Assembly: GCF_000143415.4 (NCBI RefSeq)
Contig: NW_003314414.1
Location: 220,030-284,029, forward strand
Length of the DNA stretch: 64,000 bases
Reading direction: 5' to 3'
Origin: Selaginella moellendorffii
Taxonomy: Eukaryota > Plantae > Lycopodiophyta
Shown here: positions 13,401 through 26,900 of the stretch, one piece after another
Layout of the letters: every line of letters starts with the position of its first letter
Position numbering within the stretch: position 1 is the first letter of the stretch
Notes under the pieces: generated by a model
Seen by the model: only the letters and a program-made list of their open reading frames with translations
Database searches by the model: none
Told to the model about the DNA's origin: nothing
Translations under genes and position numbers: made by a program

Positions 13401-14258
13401 GGACGTACACACACAGCATAATTATTCCTTTACACGGCGAATAATCTTGGCGCGGATCGCTGACATGGCATGGCAAAGTTCGAATCACTGACATGGCACA
13501 GCTGGATTGAGGCAAGGACATGATGTGACAAAGTTCAACCTCCGACAGCAAAGTCTAGAAGCTACTCAGTTTGAAATTTGTCAGAGGAATCATAAGATCT
13601 GGTTTGTCAGAGGATTTGATGTGACGTTCAAGCGTGTGTTATTTTTGAATTCTCGAACTCATTCCTAGGTCTATCATTTTTGTGCGCCGTGTTCTTGGTT
13701 CCGCTGAGCGCAGTGAGCGCTGCTTGTGTAAGCGGCGTTGTGGGCTGTGGTTTATGCGTCTACGAGCGGTTGCGGCATTGCGAGCGCCATTGCGAGCGGC
13801 AGTTTATGCGAGTGGCAGTTTGTGCGAGCGGCGCTACGAGCAGTTGCGGTGTTGCGAGCGGCGCTACGAGTAGTTGCGGTGTTGCGAGCGGCACTGTCTT
13901 TGGTGTGGCTACCGCTTCCTCTTGATATTCGGCACTTGTGCTTCCTGGTATGTTCACCATGTAATGGCTTAGGACCACATTTAGAAATGGCATGAGGCCA
14001 CATGCCATCTTGGGCCCTTGCAATTTCATGGCTAGCGTATTGTCATATATGTTTTTACTTGCCTGCAGCTGTGTGTATATCAAGATGGCATGAGGCCTCA
14101 TGCCAATTTTGTGAATGCGAAATTTCACGTGGGTGTCAATAGCATGTTTGAATAATGGCATGTGGCCTCATGCTATTGAGGTTGTTTGGTATGTTATGAT
14201 TTAGGCCATTCTCCAATCATTTTTTGTATGGTCTTAACTTCTTTTCTGCACTTTCAGA

Positions 14259-17200
14259 ATGGCCTTCAGGGTTGGGGAAAAGGTTTACATTTTGAATGGT
14301 GGGAAGAGAGTTGCAAAAGGGACCCTTGTGTCTATGGATCGGAACTTTGTTATACACTGTCAAAGGTTTAGGGAAGGCAATGCTGCTGTATCAGTAGAGA
14401 CTGTCTTCGATGGGAATGTGGTCGCTATTGAACAAGGAGAGATGGTCGTCGGGGTAAATGTTGTTGTTGCCTTGAAAAATCTTCAGAAGAAAGCAAATGT
14501 TGGAAACAGCGCAAGTGCGACGCATGTTCCCTCCGTGGATCTTAAGAACCGTGCTATATGGATTCAGGCGAAGGTGTTTCTAAACAACCCCGAGGGGGAG
14601 GTGGTAGCTGAGGGCTTAGCCACAGTTGTCGATCCAAGAGATGCGGTTGCTAATCAAGAATTGGGTTGGGATGATATTGGAGTTGCAATTTTAGAGGTTG
14701 TTGACACAGAAGAAAACAGTCTGACTATTGGAAGCATTGTGCGGTGGAAATTGAGGCACTTAGTGTTTGAGAATGTGAAGGATTCACAATCAAACACCAC
14801 TACAACTGATGACAAAACATCTCTTCATGGGAAAAGAAAGTACACCTTCCTAAAGCGCAGCCAAAGGGATCTGAGCAACGAACCGAAAAGGCAGAAAATG
14901 GCGATGGAGGTTCGAATGGTCTCGACAGTTGCTTGTTGCAAGAGGAGGTGCTGTCAACATGCTGATTGGGATGCTATTGAAGAGGAGAGAGCAAGATACA
15001 AGACATTGTCCTGGAAGGCAGCTCGCAATTTTGTGTATGAGGCATTACGGTCATCTGTTGATGCTTCAGAACATCAGGTGGGGGGCATGGTCTTCCAAAG
15101 GGGTTTGGTCTGCATGAAGGCATGGAGAATCATTTATGGAGTCCCTCGAACCACATTCTACAGAATCAAAACTGAGTTCGAGGAACAAAGGGTTCAACAG
15201 GCAGTCCATGGGAACGACGGTACGCACAAAACTAGGGGTCATGTTGTATATGGAGAGGCAATCTTCAAGAGGTTTGTCGAGACATGTAGCGAGTAGCAAC
15301 CACATAAAACCCGCCTCTTGGAAGATGGAACACGAGACACCCAACGAGTTCTCCCTTCCATGTATACCAAGGGGGCCATATTGGAAGATGTGAATCGGGA
15401 ACTCCAGAGTAATGGCTACAGGAAGCTGAGCCAATCTAGATTTAGTAGATTGTGGAGCAACAGGTTCAGGGATGTGAGTATAGGAAAGTACTCCAGCTTT
15501 TCAAAGTGTGACGAGTGCACTGCTATCAAAATGGCTTTGTCGAAGAATTCTTGCAGCGCTCAAGAGCAAGAGACGTTGGTTAGAAGGCGGCTCGACCACA
15601 ACATCGAGCAGAGAAGCTGCAGGACTGCATATTATCATAACAGGATTCTCTCCATGGAGAGACCTGACTCTTACCTCTGCATCATCCACGACAAAATGGA
15701 CCAGAAAAAGACGTGCTTACCTCGACTCAATCCTGCCCCCAAGGCAATCTCTTCATCCATGCAGCTGCCTGTGTCTCTGTTTGGCATAATCGCTCATGGG
15801 CATGGTGCCCAGAACTATGGGAACTTCTTTGTACCTCTATGGGGTGGCGGGGGTGCAAACATGATGATTGCGTCCCTAGCAAAACACTTAAGGTCTCTGC
15901 AAAGTGCGCAGACTGAGCTGAACGGCCAACCCTTGCATAAGGCCCTTGTCGATTGAACCCCATACAGGGTTTAGCTGGAGGAGGAGCAAAGGCTTGCAGT
16001 ATCGCGTGGGCCCCCATGCCATCCCAGTGAATATGTTGGCCGTCAGATTGTAGGGTTATCACGTGAGGCCTCATGCCATTCCGACGAGGCTGGTCGCCCG
16101 GTGAATGCATAGCCTCATCCAAACGAAGCAGAATCTCAAGGAAGTTCTTGCGGCCGATGTGGCCTTCCACCCCATCTTCTGCTCCAAACAGACAATGCTG
16201 GCAGTGAGAACAAAAACATGTACGTCTTCGCATACTTGGCGATGCTTGTTGCCAAAGGCATATTTGAAACGGTTACACTTGGCTTTCTCATGGTTGGGCA
16301 CACTCATGAAGACATCGATGCCATGTTCAGTCACCTGGCAGAGTCCCTCTGGCGATCCAATGTCCTCACCCTCCCACAACTCTACGATGAATTCCAAAAT
16401 TGCATCAAAGGCACTGTTGAAGCTGCACTTCTGACAGAGGTTCCAGACTTTAAGGGGTTTGTAAGAGGCTACATCAGGGACGGATCCGAAACGCTAATTG
16501 GCCACTCCAAGCCTCTTCAGTTTCATTTCAGCATGTGTGACGGTGCTCCAGTGATGAGGTACAAGATGAGAGAATGGGACACAGTGTGGCTGCCAGTGGA
16601 CGGCATTGAACTCTTCAAGAGAGATCCCATAACTGGGGAACCTATGATTCCTCAGGGTTCCCCACGGCCGATGCACCCGGATGGACTCAAAGACCAGGAA
16701 AGTATAGTGGCCGGGATTAGACAGCATATTGCCTTCTGGAAGAGGGGGTTGGTGTTTGGTGGAGAATCTTATTTTCAGAGGTGCAAGCCTTTGCTCGAAT
16801 ACTGGGAGAAGATTATCTTTGCTATCCAAAATGGGCCGGTTGTATATGAAGAATTGGAAGAGTCCTTTTGGCCAAAACCCAGAGCACCAGATAGTAGCGG
16901 AACAATGTCCTCTGGAAATGCAGTGATAGATAACGATGTTGAGGATCACTATTGTGGGCCGAGGAACAAGAAGCCGGATTCAGCATTCAATCCAGTACAG
17001 GTCTGCAAAGGAATGGTCGTGCTTGTCAGACCCAGTAATAAAAAACAAATGATATGGGTGGGGCGCTGCATCACTGATGCAGAGGAGGACGCGGAAACTA
17101 GCTCCTTCAATGTAACTGTGGAGTGGTTCAAGCCAAGTTCCGGATATACAAAGGATTGCCTAGAAAAGAGATGGGTGCTGAATCCAAGGGATCCCAGCAT

Positions 17201-17327
17201 GAGCATATCGGTGGATAATGTTGTGCATGGTTGGATGCGGAAGCAGAGTGCCACCATCACCTTGCCAGACCATGCAAGAGATGCAGCAAGAGCATTCATA
17301 ACCCGGGTTCAAGGTGAGATTCATTAA
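14259..17327 (+). pseudogene. Sola-like DDD transposase (~1022 codons, four in-frame stops)
   Basis: ORFs 14259-15296, 15318-15956 and 16218-17327 share one frame. Motifs: FSKCDEC, HDKMDQ, LLQTDNAGSENKN, FLMVGHTHEDID. Stops at 15294, 15954, 15972 and 16110; the last three are CGA/CAG in the nested copy. Putative 5'UTR intron 13948-14257. Confidence 0.85.
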
Positions 17328-18040
17328 TATTCCTTTACTAAGTTTCTAATGTATTTTATTTCAAGGTGAACAATCTGAATCTGAATCAGAGGAGGCGTGA
17401 TGGCATGTGGCCTTACGCCATTCCTAGGTGAGATGATACAAATAACAAGTATAAATTCTTAGTTGTTCTAGCAAATCTTACTTAAAGTTTAAGGTGAACA
17501 AGCCGAATATGAATTCATCGGATTGTTATAACAAATTGCAAGGTGATGGCATGAGGCGATACGCCATTTGAGAGTGGTAGCCATTCCTATATGAAGTGAG
17601 TGAAATATTTATTAGAAATACCTCATTCAATTGTGCACTTCTAAGTCTTGGTCCACTCAGTACTGTTTGCATGTTTTTATTTTAATTCTTTTTCTAAAAT
17701 GTTATTTTACATGTGGCTTCATGCCATTGCTCTCCACAATCATGCATTGAATTTTTCTATCCTTGCATAATATTTCTCCATATATATAGCATGTGCGCAC
17801 ATGTGATATGGTTCATTAGGCCTGATATAGTGTGTGAGGTAAAACAAAGATGATGTGACATATGCATTTACCAATCACACGTGCATAAATCTAATAATAT
17901 GGCGTGTGGCCCATATTAATGGCACATAAACCCATATTGTGGGCTTACGTGCTTTATGTATCATCATTCCCTTGCAGCATGTGTGTTGGTTTCCTTTTAT
18001 AACACAACGAACTCCATATTTTAGGGTGAAGAGTGTTCTC

Positions 18041-18298
18041 ATGGCAAGCACAAAATCTGTAAGTGAGGCAAAAAAGGAGACGGAGAAGGAGATAGGTGAA
18101 GATGTAAAATATATAACTCTTCCAAACTCCCCGTACTATACTCCAGGTGATCATTTTTCTGAACAAATGGCAACATTAACAACTATCGAGAACGCCCCAG
18201 TAACGTCAGAGACAACAATCCAAAGCAAAACAACTGACCCGGAGAAGGATGATAGTACTGCTGAGAGTACCAAAAAGGAGGTGTCCACTAGTGCTTAG
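18041..18298 (+). CDS. 85-aa 'SPYYTPG' microprotein (Sola-like element cargo)
   Basis: ATG at 18041 with a TATA-like TTTTATAA ~45 bp upstream; homologous to 30447-30692. Confidence 0.65.
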   Translation: MASTKSVSEAKKETEKEIGEDVKYITLPNSPYYTPGDHFSEQMATLTTIENAPVTSETTIQSKTTDPEKDDSTAESTKKEVSTSA

Positions 18299-19840
18299 GC
18301 TTATAATGGCGTGTGCCCTCATGCCATTTACTTGATCACCAAATACCTTTTTCCCTTTGCACTAGTATATCTTAATACCGGTTTGAGAAATAGAATGGCA
18401 TGTGCCCTCAGGCCTTTTACTAAATCACCTTTGAAAGAAATGCAAGCCTCTATGTCGTAAAAAAAAGGTACTAGAGAAATTCCTTAATAATATGAATGTT
18501 ATTTAGTTTCATGAAAATACACTAAGGGTCAAATGAGTTAAATGACTTCTCCAGACTAGCAATGCCTCTTGCTACACCTTCACAATTAGATTCATTAGAA
18601 AAAGATAACATTGAATAATATCTAAATGTTCTCACCATTAAGTTATATGTCTGGCTAATAGGAATGACGTTCATCTTGGAAAGCTCACCACACGCTCAAT
18701 GAACAAACAAATAGTGTGTGCGCGCATGCCATCGCTCTTCTTTAGCTTCAGATTCGGCTTGTTCACCTTGACAATGAGATTTATTATACAACCAGATGGA
18801 CACAGTCTGGACATAAAGTCACCGCGCTAGTCACCATGCCCCAGATATGTCTAGGCCCTGGACAAAAAACATATAATTTCACGTCATTTTCAAATACTTG
18901 AAAATTTGTACCTAGTCCCATTTTACTGAATAAATCCCACTTTAACGAAATAGAGCTTTAAGTCTCTAACATTCAGAATCTTAACGACATCTAATGATAC
19001 TTTGCGAATTGTGACTTTCCAACCTCCTCATAGTCCTTTAAGAGTTCATGAAGTTCAATAAACTTATTCACCACTTTATGTTTTTGCGTATTGTGCATCA
19101 ATAGCTCAGCCAAAGCATTCTCATCTGAGACCTTTAAATCATTATTTATATCCCACCTCTCTGCTTCATGTGAATAATTCCAAATGTGGGAGTAGACGAG
19201 CGTGGACCATACTTGAGCTCACGAGCTGAAGAGTTGAGCTCACGAGTTGAGCTCAATTTTCAATTGTAATTTAGTACAAATATTATAAACTTTAAAATTT
19301 TAAAGTTATGGCAAACTTAATAATTTCATAACTCTCTATATATTATATAGATAAAAATGTTCTAAAGGACACTTCTTGTTCTAATAATTTAAATATTTAC
19401 TACATGCAATAATAGAGACGTTTGTTAGAATATAAAATAAAATGTTTGCAAAAAGAGTATTCTTGTCACTTCTTTAAATTTGTACTCTGTGCTTTCTAGC
19501 TAGTAAATGTCAGGTTCATCAGAATTTTTAAATTATTAAATTTGAATTAAGATTCTATATAAGGCCATATAACCATTTGAAAGGAAAAAAAAAAACTGTG
19601 ATGGTACATATGCTCTCACAATACATTGTAACATCATACACCCGAAAGACTATCACGAAATATTTTTTGAGAAGGTAAAGACAAAAATGGAGACTCACAA
19701 ATACTATGGGTAGTATTGCGAAAAGAACCTTACAAGTATATGAAATGAAAAGTGAAATAATAAAATATTTTTATTAATTATATAAGGTATAATTAGTTTA
19801 TATTATTGATAGAGAATAAACATCGATAGTGCTGGAAAAT

Positions 19841-22800
19841 CTAATTAGCTCCAAAAGTTTTCTGCAACTCAGCAATAGTAAGGCTTGCTTGGTGTATATG
19901 AATATCCACTTTAGGATCCTGGTGCAAGATGTTGATGAAGATGTAGTACATATGCTTGCAAGGAGCATATGCCTTCCCATGTTCCTCGCGCTTCGTAAAG
20001 TCTGGACATGTGCAAGAAGGAAAGTCTTGAATGGCAATTGTGTACTCTCCACCTTCTGTTTTGACTGTGTACTCCTTTGCGAGCGCAGTGATGTACTTCG
20101 TGGAGAGAATCTCACACTCAAGTGTTTGAGCCAAGTTTATTTTACCTTGCTTCTGCTTGGAGACGGTACCAATAAATTTAACTGCCTTACCTTTTCCTGC
20201 TGGCTTCCTGTGCATCTCTGTAGGAATAGTTCTGGTTCTGTCACTCATATCTCCAACTCTCCTCTCAAGATTGAAACCAGATTTCTCAAGGTTTTCAATC
20301 TCATCCGAGGTGAGCGCAACCCCATTAGCAACCGGCCATTCTTTAGGTACTGCATCAGGTTTAGTCACTATAGTGTCTTCAAGCCGCTTTGTATGGTTGA
20401 CATCAGAGTTGCAGCAATATAACCAACACCATCTTGAAAATCCTGCTTGCTTTCGTTCCCCATGGAAACATGGGGCTGGAACAGAAGTAGACTTATCAAC
20501 ACGGATCCAAGCCCAACACTTGCCCCTTGGAAGCATCCCCACACACCTTACATTTGATTTCGCTGGCACTCGACGGATTGCCCATTGCTTCGGCTCCACA
20601 CTACGATAAGCAATTTCAACCTGCTGTGATGCACTTTCTTCATTAGCCACTTGAGGTGGTTCGGTTCTGGGGCGATGTCTTGGAGCAAAATGATACTCAA
20701 CATCAGGCCTGTGAGAGCTTTTTGTTCCAAGATCCGTGCCAACATCTTCACCAGCAAAAGAAATCGACGCTTTGAGCGGACGGTCTTCATATCACCAATA
20801 GAAGCCCGAGGAGTGTACTCCATAGATGTGCCGCGGACCACTTCCTCCACTGCAGTTGCCATTGTTCGTGCTGGTGGAGTCATTTTCTTCTTCATCCGAT
20901 CGTGTAACATCTCAACTGAAGGTCCTGTTCCCATGTATCTTCCTTCCTCAAATGCCAAAGCTTTTGAAGACTGCTCTACAGCGCGTATCAAATTTGATAG
21001 ACATGCTTCATATAGACTCATCTTCCCTTTCCCTGCCTCAGAGGAACGCCAGCTCCAATGTTTACTCTCTGAGAGATTCACAGTTGGGGTGTATGCAAGA
21101 TCCTCAAGTGGTTGATCCTTATAAAAAGATGATATTAAAAAGCAATAAAAAGAGAGGAAAAAAAGAAAAACCAACCTGAAAAGAGTGATGTCCCCATTGG
21201 AACATTCTAACTTCCCACCACCCCAACCACGACTCAAGTTGTGGTAGACAACTTACGTCAGTATGGCCATCTTCATGCCACCACATTCGAATCTCGTTTG
21301 CTTTTGCCTCATGCTCTTTTTTAGAAGATGTAGCTTGCCATTGTTTGCACAACTCCTTAAATGCTAATTGGAAATCTGGCTTGATAAGATGGCAGTGTTG
21401 GTTTAGGCTCTGAGCCCAATGGAACTCACATGTCCTCTCACGACCTTCTAGGGGTAGACCATTCCCAAAGACTGCCCGGACACCATTCCAATTAGCCCCA
21501 GCCCCATCTGCCATGAAACCGCGAAAGTTGGCAAGCTTACCAGTCCGCTTCAATACAATGTCGGAGAGGGACTTCCAAAATATTTCTTGAGCCATCTGGT
21601 CTTGTACGTTAAACTCTGCTGTTGCAATTGTCAAGTTACAACGTAGCCTGTGAAAGGTGCAATGTTTATAACCATTTTAAGATAATGAGAAAAAAAACTA
21701 CCTTGGATCATACACATGAGCTCCCATGGTTGTCCAACCTGCCACCCGCTCCATATGGTCAAAATGTACCCATGCATTAGCAAGGTCACTCGACCCAGAC
21801 ATATCCATTCGGGAAACAAGATCCACACCAAAGGCAGGGCCCATGGTAGACATTTTGAAAACGAAGGGGCGCTCTTGCTCACTAACGACTTGATCTGGAA
21901 ATAAACTCCCATGGATAAACTCATAGGGACAAGTCCGTTTTAGTTCAAGGATTGAGTCGATTTTTGATTGGAGTTTCCCCTCTCGAGATTCACACATCCA
22001 AGACTTTATCCTAAATAAAACAAAATGTAAGAGAGATATTATTGAAAAGTATGTAATAATATTTTCATACCTTCTAAGGCTAGTTGCAGGTTGCACATGT
22101 CGTAGTAACTCCCGCAAGCTAGCCTCATCCAGTTGAGTATTCTTGTAGTCCGGATCAAGTAAAGTATTTGCGATAAAATCCTTGAGCACTGTCTTCTGAA
22201 CATGCTTCGGAGTTGCAGATGAGTTTCTCACAGTCTCTATCTACACTGCATCTTTGAAATGGTTGACTGAACTCCTTTGTATCCCTTCCTGCATTGGATA
22301 TGTGTGCGTGCCAATATGTACTGCAGCTCTACCAACCTCTCCATCCCGTGGAAGAAAATAGTACATCTTGGCCCCGCAGATGGCACGACACAATGGAGCA
22401 TTCTTGCAAAACCGACACTTGAATCCAACACCAATGGTGTCACAGAGGGGAGGATTGGTTGCAGATCCTTCAAAAAATATGGAGTTTTTACCACGCTCTT
22501 GATTGCATGCTTTATTCACACAATCCAAATACCCACCGCAATGAACCATGGACACTATGCCTTCAAAATGCTGGAAATGTGTGGTCTTGATCTTGCACCA
22601 GTTATGGACATCCTGCTTCGTCTCCATCCCCTTTCGTTTTGAGCTGACAAGAGGTGGTAGTTCAAAGAAGATATTGCCATTGTATGTAGATGGGAGCTTG
22701 CTAACGAGCCTATGCAGAAAGGAACGCACGTTGATAGAGAGGCGGGAAAACTGGAAAGCGTTGCAAACAGCTTGGAATATCAGTGAAGTTGGAGTTTGGA

Positions 22801-23164
22801 AATTCTTGGCTCGCACTGGACTAACATCTCCACTAGAACTAGAAGAGGAAGAAATGATGACGACCGACTCTTGCTTCACATTCACTTTAGTAAGATCACA
22901 GCCTCGCACTTTGATTGGAGATCCAAAAACTCGAATCTCTTTCGACTTGGAATGTTGCAAATCCCAATGTTGTCCACCTTCACCTACACCCGAAAGAAGA
23001 AACTCCGATCGTTCAACTACACCAATGTTGTTGCGAATCACAGCTTCCAATGAAATAGAACCGAGAGAAAGATCGAAACGTTGGCAAAGAAAACTTTCTG
23101 AAATAAGACTCTGGGAGATAGAAAGCAGTGGGTGATCTTGGTAATGCAAAAGGAAGCCCTCCAT
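19841..23164 (-). pseudogene. MULE-like DDE transposase with N-terminal GCM-like Zn domain and C-terminal SWIM finger
   Basis: Motifs CGGYLDCVNKAC...CRFC...CGAK...HIGTHTYP, VHFDH, GFMADGAGANW, ERTCEFHW, TVNLSESKH and SWIM CTCPDF...PCKH. Short introns, a stop at 22241 and an apparent frameshift near 20765. Confidence 0.8.
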
Positions 23165-23970
23165 TTTGTTGCCTTTAGGTTTTGGAACTCTGAACTTTTA
23201 TAACGAAATGTCACCTCACATGTGCTATGCCATTATGTGAAAAGATAGGGCGATTTTATTCTAGGATCTAACATCGAATAATGTTGTTATAATAAATTCT
23301 GTATGAAGTATATAGGACTATGTTGTACAATATTAAAAGTCTATATACATTGAATTCAAAAACATACTCAAATTTATTATATGCACTAACTTTTGGTAGA
23401 ACGGAAAGAAATATCACGTCAAGCATGTGCCATAATATGAAAGATAGGAATGATTTTATTCTAGGATCTACCATCAACCAATTGTTGCCAAATAAATTAA
23501 ATATTGTACATATTTTCAGTACTTCATTAAAGCTAGAAATCATCACATTCTTCTGAACTCATTTAAATATATTCCATCTTTGTACTACCATCTATCACCT
23601 ATAGTAAATTATCTATATACATTACTTTGGAAATAACACCTTACGATTTAATAATCTTATATTTTCTAACAATTTCGTACTGTGATCAATTCAACACATG
23701 CGTCTGTGACATTATTTCACATTATGACATAGTCATATTAGAGCACACCTCCATTATTAAATTACAATTCAAAAGGACTTTGTCACGTGATCAAATCTAG
23801 GGCGGAATAGAAATTGTATAGTGCTAGATTTATTATTTATTGTACAGTGAAGATTTACTGCATCCATGATGAACGGCTGTGATGAAAGTTAGGTTAGGGT
23901 TAGGGCAGCTGCCGGCGTTAGGGTTTTACAGAAAGTATCGCGGGAGATTGAGAGTGACTGCGGGAACAGA

Positions 23971-26900
23971 ATGCCGCCAAGAGTAAGTTTTTCCTCCTTC
24001 TCCACTCCCTCTCCTCCACTCCCTCTCCTCCCCGCCCAGCGCCGCCGCGCCCAGCGCCCCCGCGCCCACGCCATGCCCAGCGCCGCCACGCTGCGCACAT
24101 CACGCCATGCTCAACACCGCCACTGCCCAGGGCTGCCGAGCGCCGCCCACTGCCATGCCACGCCCAGCGCAGTGCTGCCTGCCCAGCACCGCCACTGCCA
24201 TGCCGCCGCTGCCGTGCCGCCCCTGCCCAGCACCGCCGCTGCCATGCCGCCGCTGCCCAGCACCGCCACTGCCATGCCGCTGCTGCCGTGCCGCCGCTGC
24301 CCAGCACTGCCACTGCCATACCGCCGCTGCCGTGCCAACGCCACGCCACGCCAGCGCCACGCTGCCTAGGGCCACTGCTGCCCAGCACCGCCGCTGCCAA
24401 GTGCCCAGGCCGGGCATTTGGCTGGGCACTCCGCCTGGGCCGGCCAAGTCCACACAGGCTGGCCAAGGCGCTTGGCTGGCAAAGGCGCCAAGTGCTTGCG
24501 CCAAATGCCCATGCTGGGCATTTGGTGCGAGCCAGCTAAGTCCAAGCGCCAAGGCCGGCTCGCGGGCTGTTGGTCTTGGCGCGGGCCGGCCAAGGTGCTT
24601 GGGGGAGGCGTGCACCGAGCCCACGCCCTGTTCCCCTCTTCTTATGCATTTATAATTTATAATGAGTTTTTTTTATTTTCAGAAACGGAAGCAACTACAA
24701 AAGGAGAGGGATGTTGGATCAAAGAGAAGACATAAGGAAGATGAGATCCAGGATGACAATTAAAGAGAAGACATGAGGAAGATGAGATCCAGGATGACAA
24801 TCAAGTTGACCTTCAGATAGAGATTTCCACAGCGACAACTCTACCGTCTTCCCAACCACATAGCTCCAGTCCACATGCACCCCCACCACCGCCATCGATG
24901 CCACCACCACCATTACCACTGCCACCACCGCCACCACCATTACCACCACCGCCACCTTTACCTTCATCACCACCATTACCACCACCGTCATCACCACCAT
25001 TACCACCACCACCGTCATCACCACCATTACCACCACCACCGCCACCATCATCACCACCACCAGCGCAACCATTGTCATCACTACCATTACTGCCACAACC
25101 ACAAATGCCACTACTCTTAACATATTCACAAAATATGGCAGAAACGGAGTAGTGCCCAAGTGCGCCCGGATGCGGTGTTGGGCCCGAGTCGGGGGATAGA
25201 TCTGATAATGGTGCTACTGGAGGTGTAGCTGAAGCTGAAAGAGAAGTGGAGCTACCTAAACACATTGTCGACAAGCGCTTCCAAGAGACAGTTTTGAGAA
25301 CTAAAGAGAAGGCCATTCACACGACTCTGGAGTCTCTCAAGTGGGAAGGCCCGGGGCACATGATCCGAGAAATCCCACTATGTCGATTCACTCAGACAAG
25401 CATCGTTCGGTTTGCTTCACCGCACTTCGTCAACATGGACATCTATAGTCTGTACAAACAGAATGGCCTTGGGACAAACATAGGTATGTTCCTTGTTTCG
25501 GTTTTCAAGCCAGGAACGACAAATACCCTCTCGGTGTCACCGGAAATCGAGAGGGATTGGGATGACATTTGGAAAATGAAGTCCCGCGAATTTGACAACA
25601 ACCTTATGAGCCATCCTGAGACTCAACAATTTGTGGGGAAAATGTTCTACATTATCGACGGGAATCATCGCTGGTGCGCGTGGATGAAGTGCATCCGAGA
25701 ATGCTTCTGAGACGATCCTGTCTATCACATCAATGTTCCGGTTGGACATGTACACGCGAGAGGATCTCTAGATTTGGCAAGGCTTGTGATAGCTTGCCAC
25801 AAAATTAATGCATAAGTACCTCTCCTTCAATCACTTTTAACAATTTATGTTTTGCAGACTGGGACAGTTTGCAGTGCAGAAACAAAGCCTAGTACATGAT
25901 ATGGAGCAGATCTGGTTTCTTGCCAATCTCGACGAGGATGCAGTCCGCAGCCACTATGGTGATGATTTAGCATCACTTATTCGACATCAACGAGGTCGTC
26001 AGGATGCCAATAGATGGTACAAGAATCCAGTGGCTTTTATGACAGCTGTGTGGAGTAAGGTATGTTCTTTTAAGTATACTTCTTATCATAGAATGTTTGT
26101 GTTGTCTTCAGCCATTGGTGAAGGTTAAGCAAGATGCATATGCACAGTCGCATCGAGCTGAAAATGATCAAGAACTCTCAGAGCATTTAGCTGCAATTGA
26201 CAAGAAAATCAACACCACAAAGAAGACAAAGGTAAAGAAATTACTTAGTGTGGCTGACCCTCGACGCCCAAAGGAGTGGTTCGATATTATAACAGAGATT
26301 GCTTGTCATGAAAGTAAGTATTGTTTATATTTACATGAAGGTTCTCACAAAAGTTATTTTTTAGTGGGCAAGACTCCAGATGAGATTATTTACAACATCT
26401 CAAAGTCAAAGCTTACATATGAGGAACAGATACACATTCTGAACGACCTCAATAGCAGACTCAGGGAAGGAGAAAAAGGTTTGGACAGTATAATGGAGAC
26501 TGTGATGAGGAGGACCGTCTACATTTCACAAACTGTATATGAAGGGGAGATGTTTCTAGCGCCTTTCATAGGGGATGATCCTGAGCAACTTCCATTTAAG
26601 GACTTCGTCACCATTGAGCTTACAAAACTTGGAGAGGACTGGCTGCCAAACAAGGCCACAAGCACGACTCCATTTGAGAAACAACTTGGCCAACCTTACT
26701 TCATGCGTCGAGCGGCTTTCAGGTAACATACAATTTCTCAACTATACTCAATTGTTTATATTCTATTATAGGTATCTCCAATATAGAAGTGTTCCTCTCG
26801 AAACACCGGTATGCACACACCTCCTGAGGCATGGTGTAAGAGATGGAGGCATGTACCCGACAACAATGAAGTTTCCAGCAGCAATAAAGTGCGCTTGTCC

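Larger units (their letters stand above)
596..18416. repeat. Dispersed 22-bp palindrome family ATGGCRTG-N6-CAYGCCAT confined to the Sola-like element
   Basis: Perfect-arm copies at 596, 11300 and 13987; variants at 1673, 1748, 3507, 6481, 8255, 8396, 9886, 11163, 11223, 12212, 12450, 14085, 14155, 17400, 17546, 18306, 18395 and others. Confidence 0.9.
210..18958 (+). mobile_element. Large Sola-like (DUF7869-type DDD) DNA transposon with cargo genes; ~13.6 kb parent plus a nested 5.15-kb derivative
   Basis: TIR AAGCTCTATTTCGTTAAAGTGGGA at 210-233 and its reverse complement ending at 18958; 4-bp TSD TAAG at 206-209 and 18959-18962; internal DDD transposase at 14259-17327. Superfamily assignment rests on motifs plus the 4-bp TSD. 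Confidence 0.9.

Noticed and set aside
14259-17327. Stop-codon readthrough or U-to-C editing restoring the TE genes
   Set aside because: The nested copy shows the sense codons, so simple C>T decay explains the stops; such editing is organellar
596-18416. Palindromic repeats as a CRISPR array
   Set aside because: Irregular spacing from tens to thousands of bp, located in introns and CDS, no cas genes, eukaryotic context
23918-25316. Ala/Arg-, Gly-, Val- and His-rich ORFs
   Set aside because: Alternative-frame translations of the minisatellite and the CCA-rich poly-Pro tract
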